A stretch of DNA of 63,999 nucleotides, counting the filler. It is 6 parts of 6 records of this genome, joined end to end, with 100 filler letters (N's around TTAATTAATTAA, not from the genome) between each part and the next. Parts side by side here need not be neighbours in the genome. Positions count along the whole stretch, not along the records: positions 50,114 to 58,831 come from SRR31147125_9766; positions 58,932 to 63,999 come from SRR31147125_12476; 4 more parts are not named here. One strand, written 5' to 3'. Below the pieces are notes generated by a model. The model saw nothing but the letters and a program-made list of their open reading frames with translations. It had not been told where the DNA came from and searched no databases. The stretch's first letter is position 1, and each line of letters starts with the position of its first letter. This document shows positions 51,909-62,671 of the stretch, piece by piece. Made by a program: the position numbers and the translations under genes.

Positions 51909-54065
51909 TTAGAAAAGCGCGAACAGGTTGAATTTTGAAAAAATCGATACTGATATAAGGGAGACGATTGCCATTATTTTAATCAGAATATCGAGGGAAG
52001 GTCCTACTGTATCTTTCAGCGGATCACCCACTGTATCACCGACAACTGCGGCTTTATGTGCATCTGAACCTTTACCGCCGTAATGGCCGTGTTCAATATA
52101 CTTTTTACCATTATCCCAGGCACCGCCGGCATTAGCCGTGTATAGAGCGAGCATAATGGATGAAAGGGTAGTACCAATCAACAGCCCGCCAACAAACTCC
52201 GCTCCGAAGATAAATCCAGAAACGAGCGGGGTAGCGACGGAAATAATAGCGGGGATTTTCATCTCTGATAGAGCACCGGCTGAGGAGATTGATATACAAG
52301 TCTTATAGTCGGGCTTGCTTTCTCCCGAGATAATTCCCGGATCAGCTTTGAACTGACGCCGTACTTCCTGGACCATTTTTCGAGCCGCGTTCGCAACAGC
52401 ATTGATAAGAATTCCCGAAAACAGGTATGGAAGAGCAGCACCCACAAGTGCTCCAACCAGAGTCATTGTACTGACCATATTCAGAATCAGGTCGATGCCG
52501 CCGGCGGAAGATTCTCCGGCCTGCGCATAGAGATATGAAGCAAAAAGTGAGAGAGCAGCAAGTGCCGCGGAACCAATTGCAAAACCTTTTCCAATGGCAG
52601 CGGTTGTATTCCCGACCGCGTCCAGTTCATCCGTTATATCTCGAACGACCGGATCGAGTTTTGCCATTTCACTGATACCGCCGGCATTATCGGCAATAGG
52701 CCCGTATGTATCAACGGATACGGTAACCGTAACAAATGAAAGCATTCCGATTGCTGCCATAGCAACTCCGTACAGCCCGGCTGCGGCATTTGCTACGATG
52801 ATGCAAACACCTAGCACGATAACCGGAGCGATTACCGAAGACATGCCAACAGCCATTCCCTGGGTAATAGTCAATGCCGATCCCTCTTTTGAGGCGGCAG
52901 CAATACCTTGGGTGGGTTTGAAATCGTAACTGGTATAGCGTTCGGCAAGCTGGCCGATTGTAATACCGCTGACGATTCCGAGGACCGCGCAGACCCAGGG
53001 AGAAAGTGTTCCCAGTTTGAAACTGATTGCGCCGAATGCCTCTCCGGAAAAATAGAACCAGGTTAGTATACCGGTTGATATAAGTGTAATACCTGCTCCC
53101 ACAAAAGTAGCCCGATTCAGCTCTTTATGCGGGTTCTTGGAAACTTTTTTCACCATCAGGTAGAGAACACCAAGCATAGAGGAAAAAAGACCAAGCGCGG
53201 CAAATATCAGCGGGAAGCTGACTAGTTTACTTACCAATGAATCAGAAATGACATTACCGGTTCCTCTGGCAGAGAAAAATGTATATGCTGCCAGTACAAC
53301 TGCCGATATGAGGGATCCCACATAGCTTTCCAGCAAGTCGGAACCGAGTCCTGCTACGTCACCAACATTATCACCAACATTATCCGCTATAGTAGCCGGG
53401 TTTCTTGGATCGTCTTCTGGTATTCCTGCTTCAGTCTTACCGACAAGGTCGGCTCCCATATCAGCAGCTTTAGTGTAGATACCTCCACCTACACGATTGA
53501 ACATGGCGATGATTGAGCAGCCAAGCGCGTAACTGGAAACGGTCATTGTGAAGGGGATATCGCTGATGCCGAGCCAGTTTTTGTGAAAAACCAAGTTCTC
53601 AGGTCGAATCTGTCCCAATAGTTCACCGAACACGATATAAATAATAAACAGTCCCAGCAGAGCAAATCCGCCGACGCTCAAACCCATAACGCTTCCACCC
53701 TGAAATGCTACCTTCAGTGTTTTTCCTATATCTTTTGTCATTCTGGCTTCATTAGATACCCTGACATTTGATATCGTAGCGATTTTCATGCCTACCCAGC
53801 CGGCACTGGCACTCATAGTGGCACCAAGAATAAAAGCAACTGCCGCATACCATGAAACCACTACTGCAAGAAGAACGGCTATACAGACCGCTACAATGGC
53901 AATAAGTTTATATTCATGCTTGATGAAGGCGTCCGCGCCCTCCTGAATTGCAGCAGCTATCTCCTGCATCTGTTCGGTACCGCTTTCCCGGCGTTTCATA
54001 CCATAGAAATTGATTGCCGCAAAGACCAGCGCCGCAAGCGCCGCAATGATAATTAATCCAATCAT
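51909..54065 (-). CDS. hppA: Membrane-bound pyrophosphatase, K+-dependent Na+-translocating type
   Basis: GGGIYTKAADMGADLVGK..IPEDDPRN..DNVGDNVGD; DLLESY (Glu at the Na+-PPase position); GNTTAA (Ala, K+-dependent); GDTVGDPLKD. Confidence 0.95.
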   Translation of the reverse strand: MIGLIIIAALAALVFAAINFYGMKRRESGTEQMQEIAAAIQEGADAFIKHEYKLIAIVAVCIAVLLAVVVSWYAAVAFILGATMSASAGWVGMKIATISNVRVSNEARMTKDIGKTLKVAFQGGSVMGLSVGGFALLGLFIIYIVFGELLGQIRPENLVFHKNWLGISDIPFTMTVSSYALGCSIIAMFNRVGGGIYTKAADMGADLVGKTEAGIPEDDPRNPATIADNVGDNVGDVAGLGSDLLESYVGSLISAVVLAAYTFFSARGTGNVISDSLVSKLVSFPLIFAALGLFSSMLGVLYLMVKKVSKNPHKELNRATFVGAGITLISTGILTWFYFSGEAFGAISFKLGTLSPWVCAVLGIVSGITIGQLAERYTSYDFKPTQGIAAASKEGSALTITQGMAVGMSSVIAPVIVLGVCIIVANAAAGLYGVAMAAIGMLSFVTVTVSVDTYGPIADNAGGISEMAKLDPVVRDITDELDAVGNTTAAIGKGFAIGSAALAALSLFASYLYAQAGESSAGGIDLILNMVSTMTLVGALVGAALPYLFSGILINAVANAARKMVQEVRRQFKADPGIISGESKPDYKTCISISSAGALSEMKIPAIISVATPLVSGFIFGAEFVGGLLIGTTLSSIMLALYTANAGGAWDNGKKYIEHGHYGGKGSDAHKAAVVGDTVGDPLKDTVGPSLDILIKIMAIVSLISVSIFSKFNLFALF

Positions 54066-54177
54066 ACGCTCTCGAGTCCTTATAATAATTTCTTTGAATA
54101 TTGTTGATTCAATCCGACGCCACATACTCGGAAGTAAAAAATTCAGACAGCGCCAAGCGTACCGGACAACCCCTTGA

Positions 54178-54236
54178 CCCGGCACATGAAAACCATTCTG
54201 GTGGAAATTTCCTCAGAATGTTCCTCGTAACCCAAA
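54178..54236 (-). promoter_or_regulatory. Putative Na+ riboswitch (DUF1646 / Na+-I class) aptamer
   Basis: UUUGGGUUAC...stem CAUUCUG/CAGAAUG...AUGUGCCGGG, just after a TATGAT -10; alternative hairpin GUGCCGG/CCGGUAC overlaps its 3' strand; upstream of a Na+-PPase. Class assignment is from recalled consensus. Confidence 0.55.
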
Positions 54237-54397
54237 CATATCATACCGAAATGAGCCGTGCTTGCATAGCCCTTCTGTATAAATATGCATAAATTTAACA
54301 GTAACTGCATATTTATAACCATATACACTATTATTCCTGCATAAACAAACAATTTGCTGAGTATTTTTATGAATTTTTTAAAGTTGCAGTCAGCAGT

Positions 54398-54469
54398 TTA
54401 TTTCAGTTCCTGAATCAGCGACTAATCCAATTCTTGGATCAGTGGCTAATCCAGTTCCTGAATTAGCTT
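54398..54469 (-). repeat. Three 24-bp tandem repeats over the proS stop, each a GAA-loop hairpin
   Basis: AAGCTAATTCAGGAACTGGATTAG / CCACTGATCCAAGAATTGGATTAG / TCGCTGATTCAGGAACTGAAATAA. Confidence 0.85.
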
Positions 54470-56161
54470 AGCAATATAGGTGTTCAGCTCATCTATCGGT
54501 ACCAGTTCAGCTTCCCCGTCTCCGGCTCTCAGCTTAATCTCGACAGAATTCTGTTTTAGAGCTCTGTTTCCAATCGTGATTCTGATCGGTATACCAATCA
54601 AGTCGGCATCGTTGAACTTCACTCCGGGAGAATCCTTACGGTCGTCGATAAGAACATCAATACCCTGATCCGCCAGGGAGTTGTATATCTCATCCGGTAC
54701 AGGATTGTTTTTAACAAGACTGACAATATGCACCTGATATGGGGCAACGGACAGAGGAAGACCCAGTCCGGATTCGTCGGAGTATTCTTCTGCCAGGCAT
54801 GCCAGTAAACGTCCAACGCCGATACCGTACGACCCCATAACCACGGGTTTTCTCGTTCCGTCCTCATCCTGGAACATACAGTTCATGGATTCTGAATAGC
54901 GTGTACCGAGCTGAAAGATATTCCCGACCTCAATTCCGCGTTTCATTTCAAGCGTAGCTCCGCATTGCGGACAGAGATGACCTTCAGCCGCGCTGGCAAT
55001 ATCGGCTACCGTTCCGTTGTAGTCCCTTTCAAAATTCGTATGCAGCATGTGATAACCGGGCTTGTTTGCGCCGGCAACCAGGTTGCTTGATTTTGCGGCA
55101 CTGTCATCTACAATTATTATACATTCTGCACCAATTGGTGAGCCATATCCAGGTTCCATACCGGCTGCCCTGATCTCCTCTTCATGAGCAGGTCTCAGTC
55201 TGTTCGCGCCGGCTGCATTCTGTAATTTAGCCTCTTCAACCTCAAGATCTCCCCGAATTACCGCGGTAATCAGCTTCTCAATCTCATTGCCTTCTTCATC
55301 GTTGAAGGTTCCCATTACAAATACAGCCTTGGCAGTCTTATATTCAGGGATGGAAAGAAATTGTGCTAAATCGGCAATCGTGGCTGTTCCTGGGGTTTCA
55401 ACCGTTTCCATGGGCAGCAATTCATCTTCGGGATAATATGTCTTCTTGAATTCAGCGACCTGCCTGTTTGCAGTAAGCCCGCATTCGGGGCAGATAATAA
55501 TTGAATCCTCACCGATAGGAGAAAGGTACATATATTCATGGGCAATCTTTCCACCCATCATTCCGGTATCGGAACCAACCGCTATTACCGGTAAACCGCA
55601 GCGTTTGAAAATCCTGAAATAGGCATCGTAATGATCGGCATACTGTTTCTCAAGGCCTTCCCAATCTTTGTCAAATGTGTAGCTGTCCTTCATGGTGAAT
55701 TCACGTACACGAATTAAACCGGCTCTTGGTCTGGGGTCATCCCGCCATTTAGTCTGCAGGTGATATACCATCGACGGCAGTCTCTTGTATGAATCTATCT
55801 GCTGACGAGCCAGATCGGTCACAGCCTCTTCGTGGGTCATAGCAAGCACCATATCGCGACCAACTCGATCATTGAACCGTCCCAGCTCTTTATCTATGCT
55901 GAAGTACCGGCCTGTCTCTTTCCAGATATCGGCAGGATTAACTACCGGCATCAAGATTTCCTGTCCGCCGATTCTGTCCATCTCTTCCCGGATTATCTGT
56001 TCGATTTTCTTGATGGAACGATATCCCAGGGGGAGAGCCGAAAATATTCCGGCACCCAGCTGGTTTATGTAACCAGCCCGAAGTAGAAATTCATATCCCT
56101 TGCTTTCCGCTCCGGTGGGGGCTTCACGCAGGGTTTTTGAGAATAGTCTGGACATTTTCAT
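54446..56161 (-). CDS. proS: Proline--tRNA ligase (bacterial type with editing domain)
   Basis: MTHEE, KWRDDPRPRAGLIRVREFTMKDSY, IEVGNIFQLG, MGSYGIGVGRL, GVKFNDADLIG. Confidence 0.97.
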   Translation of the reverse strand: MKMSRLFSKTLREAPTGAESKGYEFLLRAGYINQLGAGIFSALPLGYRSIKKIEQIIREEMDRIGGQEILMPVVNPADIWKETGRYFSIDKELGRFNDRVGRDMVLAMTHEEAVTDLARQQIDSYKRLPSMVYHLQTKWRDDPRPRAGLIRVREFTMKDSYTFDKDWEGLEKQYADHYDAYFRIFKRCGLPVIAVGSDTGMMGGKIAHEYMYLSPIGEDSIIICPECGLTANRQVAEFKKTYYPEDELLPMETVETPGTATIADLAQFLSIPEYKTAKAVFVMGTFNDEEGNEIEKLITAVIRGDLEVEEAKLQNAAGANRLRPAHEEEIRAAGMEPGYGSPIGAECIIIVDDSAAKSSNLVAGANKPGYHMLHTNFERDYNGTVADIASAAEGHLCPQCGATLEMKRGIEVGNIFQLGTRYSESMNCMFQDEDGTRKPVVMGSYGIGVGRLLACLAEEYSDESGLGLPLSVAPYQVHIVSLVKNNPVPDEIYNSLADQGIDVLIDDRKDSPGVKFNDADLIGIPIRITIGNRALKQNSVEIKLRAGDGEAELVPIDELNTYIAKLIQELD

Positions 56162-56294
56162 AGCCGACTCCTATGGTGCTTTGCATATTTTGAATGCAGG
56201 ATATTTTTGCTGCCGATAGATCTATCGATGGGTACCGATCAGCGGGTTTCCCGATGCGACAGATTACCAGAATAATGGTATAAAAACAACTCTT

Positions 56295-56336
56295 TACATA
56301 TATCTCAGTCATGTATATCTCTGTCGTGTATATCTC
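56295..56336. repeat. Three 15-bp-period direct repeats upstream of proS
   Basis: Minus strand GAGATATACACGACA-GAGATATACATGACT-GAGATATATGTA. Confidence 0.7.
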
Positions 56337-56450
56337 CGGGGAGAGCTCTTTTAACATAAGTCTGGTGGGTATTCGAAGCTAAAGAGCCCGAACCGACAAA
56401 AAGAGTATACGGCAAAGCTTTGGCAGCTCTTTCTAAACTCTTTCCAAACT

Positions 56451-58831
56451 CTATCTGAAATCGAATTTATCGCTGATTGGGGACGCGCTGTGGATGAAAA
56501 GATTATCCTCAGATGCCGTCATGGAAAAAATCTTGACACGCGCATCTCTCGGAAGCTGAATGGAACCCACTTCATCAGGTAGATCAATGCGGATGCGGTA
56601 TAGGTATCCGAAATAACAGGGAAAATCTGCACCACCGCCATGCATATGAGAAGCATGCCATTCGAGCCGTTCGCGTTTCATGAAACCCGGATCGATACGC
56701 AGGCAGCGATTCTTCCAGATGTAGTCACGAGGTTCACGGGGAGGATGCTCCCAGACACGTGTATCATACTGTCCGATAAATCCCGACATGGCTGGTATTT
56801 TTACGACAATCTCTTTATCGGGAGCTTCTGGAAATCTGAAAACAGCATCGGTTTCCGAATCTGCAGCAGCCAGAATATAGATCGTATCTGCCCGTACCCC
56901 TGGTAAAATATCTGGGACGGTAAGCAGTTCTCCTCCGCAGGCAAGTACGTTATAGGTGTCTGAATTCTCAATACGGAATGGAATTGGACCGTTATGTATT
57001 GTTTGAGGCATTGTCTCCTGCGGAAACAGAGGACCGCTTGCAGCTGCTGCATCACCATTGGTGGAAATTATTTGCGTATTGCGCGGAAAATCCATATAGT
57101 GGAAAGCCATTGGGCGGGCACTCTTTTTTCCATTGGCTGAAGCCAGGCGTACACGGAAAGCGGTAAGACCGTTTCTGGGAAGATCGAATAGTATACCCAT
57201 TCCATTCCAGTCACATCCCCCTGCATACTGCTCCTGGCCATCTACCATGAACGCTTCCAGAATGCGTGAGGTAAAAACGATTTCAGCCTGTTTCAGCGGC
57301 AGTCCCCAATTTTCTTTCACCCGAATTATATAGGAATCGGAAACATCCACGGACTCCTCCATTTTGCAGGCGATGACTGACACCTGAGAAGTTGAAAGTG
57401 TGAAAAAACTGATGGCAGCAGGCAGCAGTTTATCGGGCTGTATGGTATTCTTGCGCAGCTTGGGATGAAATGCCCGTATCGGCAGCCTGAATTGCTCGGA
57501 CAGCTGTTCGGTTCCGGCTTCAATATGTGTTCTCCGGTGGGGGTATAGAGCATAATATATATGGTGCTCACCCCAATCCTGACTGAACTGGTCTCTGAAT
57601 GTATATGTGAATGGTGATCGGCCGGGTGTATACAGCAGGGTGTGCCGCAGCAGATCATCTTCCGGAATATCGTACCCATACTTATCCGGCGATATAATGG
57701 AAAAACCATAATTTTTAGAGACATCGGTGTGGTCGATCCAGAACCTTGACGGGAACTCGTACTGATCTCTGGTATTTACCGAATGTCTTGTTCTCGATGT
57801 TTCCCAGTTGGATGCAGTATCAGGGTTTTTTACGGTCAGAGGAAATCCAACCTTTAGTGAAACACCTTTTTCAGACCAGGAAATATGTTCATGTATATGA
57901 ATCAGCTCCTCGCACCCTACCGCGTGAAGCGAAATGTGTTTTGTTATTCGGGATGATTTTCCAAGCGGAAAATCGATACTCACGGAGGCTCGTAACGGTC
58001 CTTGCTCATTGATCAGAATCCTCGCTGTCTCCTGTGATACGATGTTGTAACGTTTTCGTCGATCTTTCCAGTCCATATTCCAGGCTGGAAAAGAAATGGC
58101 CGCTCTTTCTGCAGTGAATAAAAAAGAGGTGCTTCCAGAAATTCCTTTCCGGGGTTATCTCCCTGAGGTTTCAGATAGATTGATGTAACAACTCCGTCAT
58201 TGGAGATAGCAATTCGGTACAGCCGGTTCTCCATCTGAATACCGGTAATTGTATTTTTTGCAGTCGCGGGAAACTCAATTGATGCTTTGCGGCTTTCCAG
58301 CCCTTCATGCGTTCTGAGCAGTTTCCAGGAAGACGATTCCATTTTTACCGCCATGAGGACATTGGCCCTGTTGCCGCGTTGGTCGAGAATCTGAATGGGT
58401 ATTTCGCTGCCGTCAGTCTCCTTTATCTTCAGCCTGCTGGAAAAATCGACATTATCGACAATACTGTTCACAATGGCAGTACGAGTTGTCGGTACAGGAT
58501 TAAAAAGCAGTAAATCCTGTGTTTTATATGGAACATTCTGATTGGAATCCGCAGTGACGGCTTCTTTCAGAAGCGGCATTCTCTGCGCAATGGATTCAGC
58601 GGCATCTTCAAGAACGGTTTGAAAATAGTGCATGGCAGTGACTGCATTATTGTAAGCAAACGTATAGGCTTTTGGTGTGCTGGTACCAGGAAGTATATCG
58701 TGCATCTGGTTGCCTATTAACAGCTGCCAGGCTTTGGCTAGTTTTTCTCCTGGATATTTTGTGCCGTTAATCCAGTTAGCCATGACCGCTGCAGCTTCTG
58801 CCGTGAATGCGGCCCGTTCCAATTGGCTGTT
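56451..58831 (-). CDS. Alpha-mannosidase (GH38), C-terminal part; 5' truncated; frameshift near 58090
   Basis: NQMHDILPGTS GH38 middle-domain motif, LFNP, MENRLYRI, GPLRAS, YEFPSRFWID, KYGYD. Confidence 0.85.
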
Positions 58832-58931
58832 NNNNNNNNNNNNNNNNNNNNNNNNNNNNNNNNNNNNNNNNNNNNTTAATTAATTAANNNNNNNNNNNNN
58901 NNNNNNNNNNNNNNNNNNNNNNNNNNNNNNN
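58832..58931. other. Artificial contig linker
   Basis: N-run + TTAATTAATTAA + N-run. Confidence 0.99.
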
Positions 58932-61726
58932 TTTTTCCTCGAGGGAGCCGAGGGTAACCAGCTTGAAGACCTGAACCCCGCGCCGCTGGCCGATGCGATG
59001 AACGCGATCCGTGGCCTGGTCTTCCTTGGCCGCATTCCACCAGCGGTCGTAATGAATCACCACCGAGCCGGCCACCAGGTCGATCCCGGTGCCACCGGCT
59101 TTCAGGCTGCCCACAAACACATGGCACATGGGATCGGTGTTGAAGGTCTCGATCAAGCGGCCGCGTTGTCGGCTGGCGCCGGTGAGAGCCACATGGCCGA
59201 TCTTTTGGTGTTTCAGATAGTCGGTGATGATGGCGATCATTGCGGTGAATTGGCTGTAGACCACCACCTTCTGTCCCGACTCCAGGCTTTCCGTTAGCAG
59301 TTCCTTGAACAACTCCCACTTGCCGGAGGCCTCCTTTTCATCGGCGGTCACCGGCTGTTTGTCCAGCATCGACGGGTGGTTGCAGATCTGCTTGAGCAAG
59401 GTGAGCAGGGCGAAGATGTGTATGTAGGGGACCGCCTGGCTTTCATTTTTCAGGGAGTCGATGATTCCCTTGGCTCGCCCGGCGATGGCGTCCCGGTAGA
59501 GCTTGACCTGCCTGGCGCTGAGTTCGCAAAACCGGATATCTTCTATCTTCTCGGGCAGTTCTTCAAGCACCCGGCTTTTCATGCGCCGCAGGGTGAAGGG
59601 GTGGATCAGGCGGCGTAGTCGTTTGCGATTCCTGCCGGTTTCCCCGGATGCCGTCGAGTCGCCGACGAAGCTCTGCTTGAATTCGTCGGCCGATCCCAGA
59701 TATCCGGGAACCACCACATCCATCAGGGCCTTGAGTTCCAGCACCGAATTTTCGATGGGCGTGCCGGACAACCCGATCTTTACGGCCGCCTTGATCCGGC
59801 ATGCGGCCCGATAGGTTTTTGTTTCCGCATTTTTGACCTGCTGCATTTCATCGAAAACGGCCAGACAAAACTCGATTTCTTCCAGCGCCAGGATATCCCT
59901 GAGCAGCAGGCCGTAGGAGGTGACCAGCACATCGGCCTCGGCCAGCGCTGCGGTCAGGTCCCGGCCGGCGCCATAGTAAGCCTTGGCAGCCAGTGCCGGG
60001 GCATGCTGCTTGATTTTGACGGTCCAATGGCTGAGCACCGTGGTCGGACAGACCACCAGGATGGGCCGGGGTGGTGTATCCTGCTTGCGGATTAAGGTCA
60101 TTAGGGCCATCATCTGATGGGTTTTACCCAGTCCCATGTCATCGCACAGCAGGCCGCCCAGACGATTCTCCCACAGCCACCACAGCCATTTCAACCCGAT
60201 CTTCTGGTAGTCTCGCAGGGTGGATGCCAGGCCCGGATCGTCGGGCAGGGTCACGGGTTCCAGATTGAGCAGCCGGGAAAGGGTTGCCGCGTTGTCATCG
60301 TTGCCGCTGATGGTTGGTGCGATCGGTTCCATGGCGGTGAATCGGAACAGCTCCTGTCGGGAAAGCTTCAACGCCTGGCCGTCGTCGCTGAACCGATTCG
60401 GCGGCAGCGTCTCAGTGAATGCGGTCAGGGTCTCCATGAGTGGTGAGTGGGTGTCCACCCAACCGACGGTGGTGCCGATGTAGCGGTTCCCGGCCCGGCG
60501 CGCCGCGAGGATGTCGGCCAGGGAGACGGTTTCATCGCCGAACCCGTAGTTCATCGCCAGCCAGCACCAATCCCGGTCGATGGCGGCCGGAGCCAGCGTC
60601 AACGTGTTCCATTTTTTTAATAACCGCAGACCCTTGACATCCGGATCGACCAAGAAACCGTCTCCGCTCAGCTCTTCGCCAACCGCCTCGAGGAAACTGG
60701 GGATCTGGTATCTTTTGAAGGCCATGCGCTTGGGGGTGTCGAAGCTTCGTGCGTTGCCCGGTTTTTCCAGCTCTGCCAGGATCTTCAATTCGGGGATATA
60801 CACGATATTGCCGTAAATGAATTTTTCCAGTACTTCGCGCGAGATGAAGCGCTCTTCGCCTTGGTCCTGTATCACTCGAATGACCGGCAACACGTCCAGA
60901 TCGGTTTCAGTCTTTTGGCTCACGCGGAAAAGGCTTTTCAGAGGAATGGGGTGGATGGGCAGATCGTGCTGATTGGGAAGGTGCTTGCCCAGGCAGGCCA
61001 ATAGCGCACGGACCCGCTGGCGGGCGATACGGATATGGAAGATGGCCTCGTTTTGCGGGCTTCTGCCGGTGGCGATAAAATTGCCGGTTTTTTCGTCCAC
61101 CGATGGCCGCAGGTGGCAGCCGTCGGCGCCGAATTCCATGAACCCGTGGTAGGCCAGGCGATACCACACGCTTTTTTCCAGCCCCTGACGGCGGGATTGC
61201 ATGTTCAGCTCATGGAGCTGGCGCTCCGCATCGGTCATGGTCAAGAGCTGCAAGCGGCGCAGCACCTCGGCGCGGTCGGGGATAACCTCGGCATCCGCCG
61301 AGAAATGCCCCAGCCGCTCGGCCAGGCGGTTGCGGTCACTATCGGTCGAGGCGTAGCTGATGATGCTCTTACTGTCGGCCGTTTTGACCTCCAGGGTGGT
61401 GCGCGTGCCGTTCTTTAAAAACTGCACCTGAGCCGTTTCCAGCGTCAGCCGTTCGCCCTGGTTCAGGGTTTCGGCCAGCGCGTACCAGAGGCTTTTGGTA
61501 AAACGGGCCTCCAGCCCCATGGTCTGACGCGCGTTGCCGCCTGTGCCCAGGGACTGCATCAGGGCTTTGAGATGCACGCAGGTCCGCTTGCCGGATTTCT
61601 GGCAGGTGCAGAATTGCTGGCTCGGCTTGCCGTTAACGAAAAAGCCACTCCCGGGTGGCGATCCTCGGGCGCGGGCATGCGCGCCATGGCGTGGCGATGA
61701 AATTCAAGATATGGATCCGCTGGCAT
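58932..61726 (-). CDS. SWIM zinc finger-SNF2 family helicase; frameshift near 61640; 3' truncated
   Basis: Upstream in-frame FCTCQKSGKRTCVH (SWIM CxC..CxH); LRDYQ, DDMGLGKT, DEMQQVKN, SGTPIEN, QATDRVHRIGQ. Confidence 0.88.
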
Positions 61727-61993
61727 GGATGACGTTTCGGTTGGGGTTGATAAAAGCCTCTTTTAAATCCTGACCCCGACCGGTGTCAAGCGGATCGAAG
61801 GCAGTGGAACCGCGAAAGCAGCGGGGATGATTTGAAAAGCGTTTGACAATAGGCGCTTACCCATGACATGGGGGAACGGCAGGGCCGCGTTTGACCGGCC
61901 GACTGGTAATGCAACCATCGGCGCTGGCTCGGTTCGCCGATCGTCCATCGGTCGTACCGAACGGCAGCTAAAACAAGAACAGGGAATCCGATA

Positions 61994-62593
61994 ATGACCG
62001 ATGATCACCAACCGTTGATTGTTGCCTTGACCGGGGCCAGCGGCGTGATCTATGGTGTCCGCGCGTTGGAAGTCCTCAAGGCGCTCAAAATTCCAGTGCA
62101 TTTGATTGTCAGCCAGGCGGCAGCGCTCAATCTGGAGATTGAAACGGATTACCGCCTGCCCCAGATCGAGGCATTGGCAACGCATGCGTATGACGTTTCC
62201 GACTTGACCGCCGCCATTGCCAGCGGATCCTTCCGCACCCGGGGAATGCTCATCGGCCCCTGTACCATCAAGACGCTATCAGCGGTGGCCAACGCTTTCG
62301 ATTATAACCTGATCGTGCGGGCCGCCGATGTCTGCCTGAAAGAGCGGCGGCGATTGGTCCTGATGGTCAGGGAAACACCGCTGCATGCCGGTCACCTGGA
62401 ACTCATGGCCAAGGTTGCCAATCTTGGAGGGATTATCCTGCCGCCGGTTCCCGCCTTCTACCACCAGCCCAAGACCCTCGACGATATCATCGACCAAAGT
62501 GTCGGCAAGGCGCTCGACCTTCTGGGGGTGGAGCACTCGCTTTTCGGGCGCTGGAGCGGGGGCTGTCGCCGGTATAAAATTCCCACCATCTGA
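61994..62593 (+). CDS. ubiX: Flavin prenyltransferase UbiX
   Basis: VALTGASGVIYG, IASGSF, PCTIKTLS, RAADVCLKERR, VRETPL, PPVPAFY. Confidence 0.96.
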   Translation: MTDDHQPLIVALTGASGVIYGVRALEVLKALKIPVHLIVSQAAALNLEIETDYRLPQIEALATHAYDVSDLTAAIASGSFRTRGMLIGPCTIKTLSAVANAFDYNLIVRAADVCLKERRRLVLMVRETPLHAGHLELMAKVANLGGIILPPVPAFYHQPKTLDDIIDQSVGKALDLLGVEHSLFGRWSGGCRRYKIPTI

Positions 62594-62671
62594 TACTATT
62601 ACCACCTATCCGGCTTCCATGGCCTGATTTATGTGGAGCCTGGATTACACCGCAATGTTATAGGATTAGCC

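Noticed and set aside
54398-54469. CRISPR array
   Set aside because: Repeats are directly adjacent with no spacers, and there are no cas genes
56162-56450. T-box riboswitch upstream of proS
   Set aside because: No T-box antiterminator consensus (GGTGGNACCGCG) and no leader terminator found
58998-61418. Many antisense ORFs over the SNF2 gene and other long genes
   Set aside because: Shadow ORFs expected from codon bias and high GC; no independent motifs
58932-61726. SNF2 helicase as part of a defence system (DISARM, BREX or Zorya-like)
   Set aside because: SWIM-SNF2 is a common stand-alone bacterial family; no methylase or other defence partner is visible
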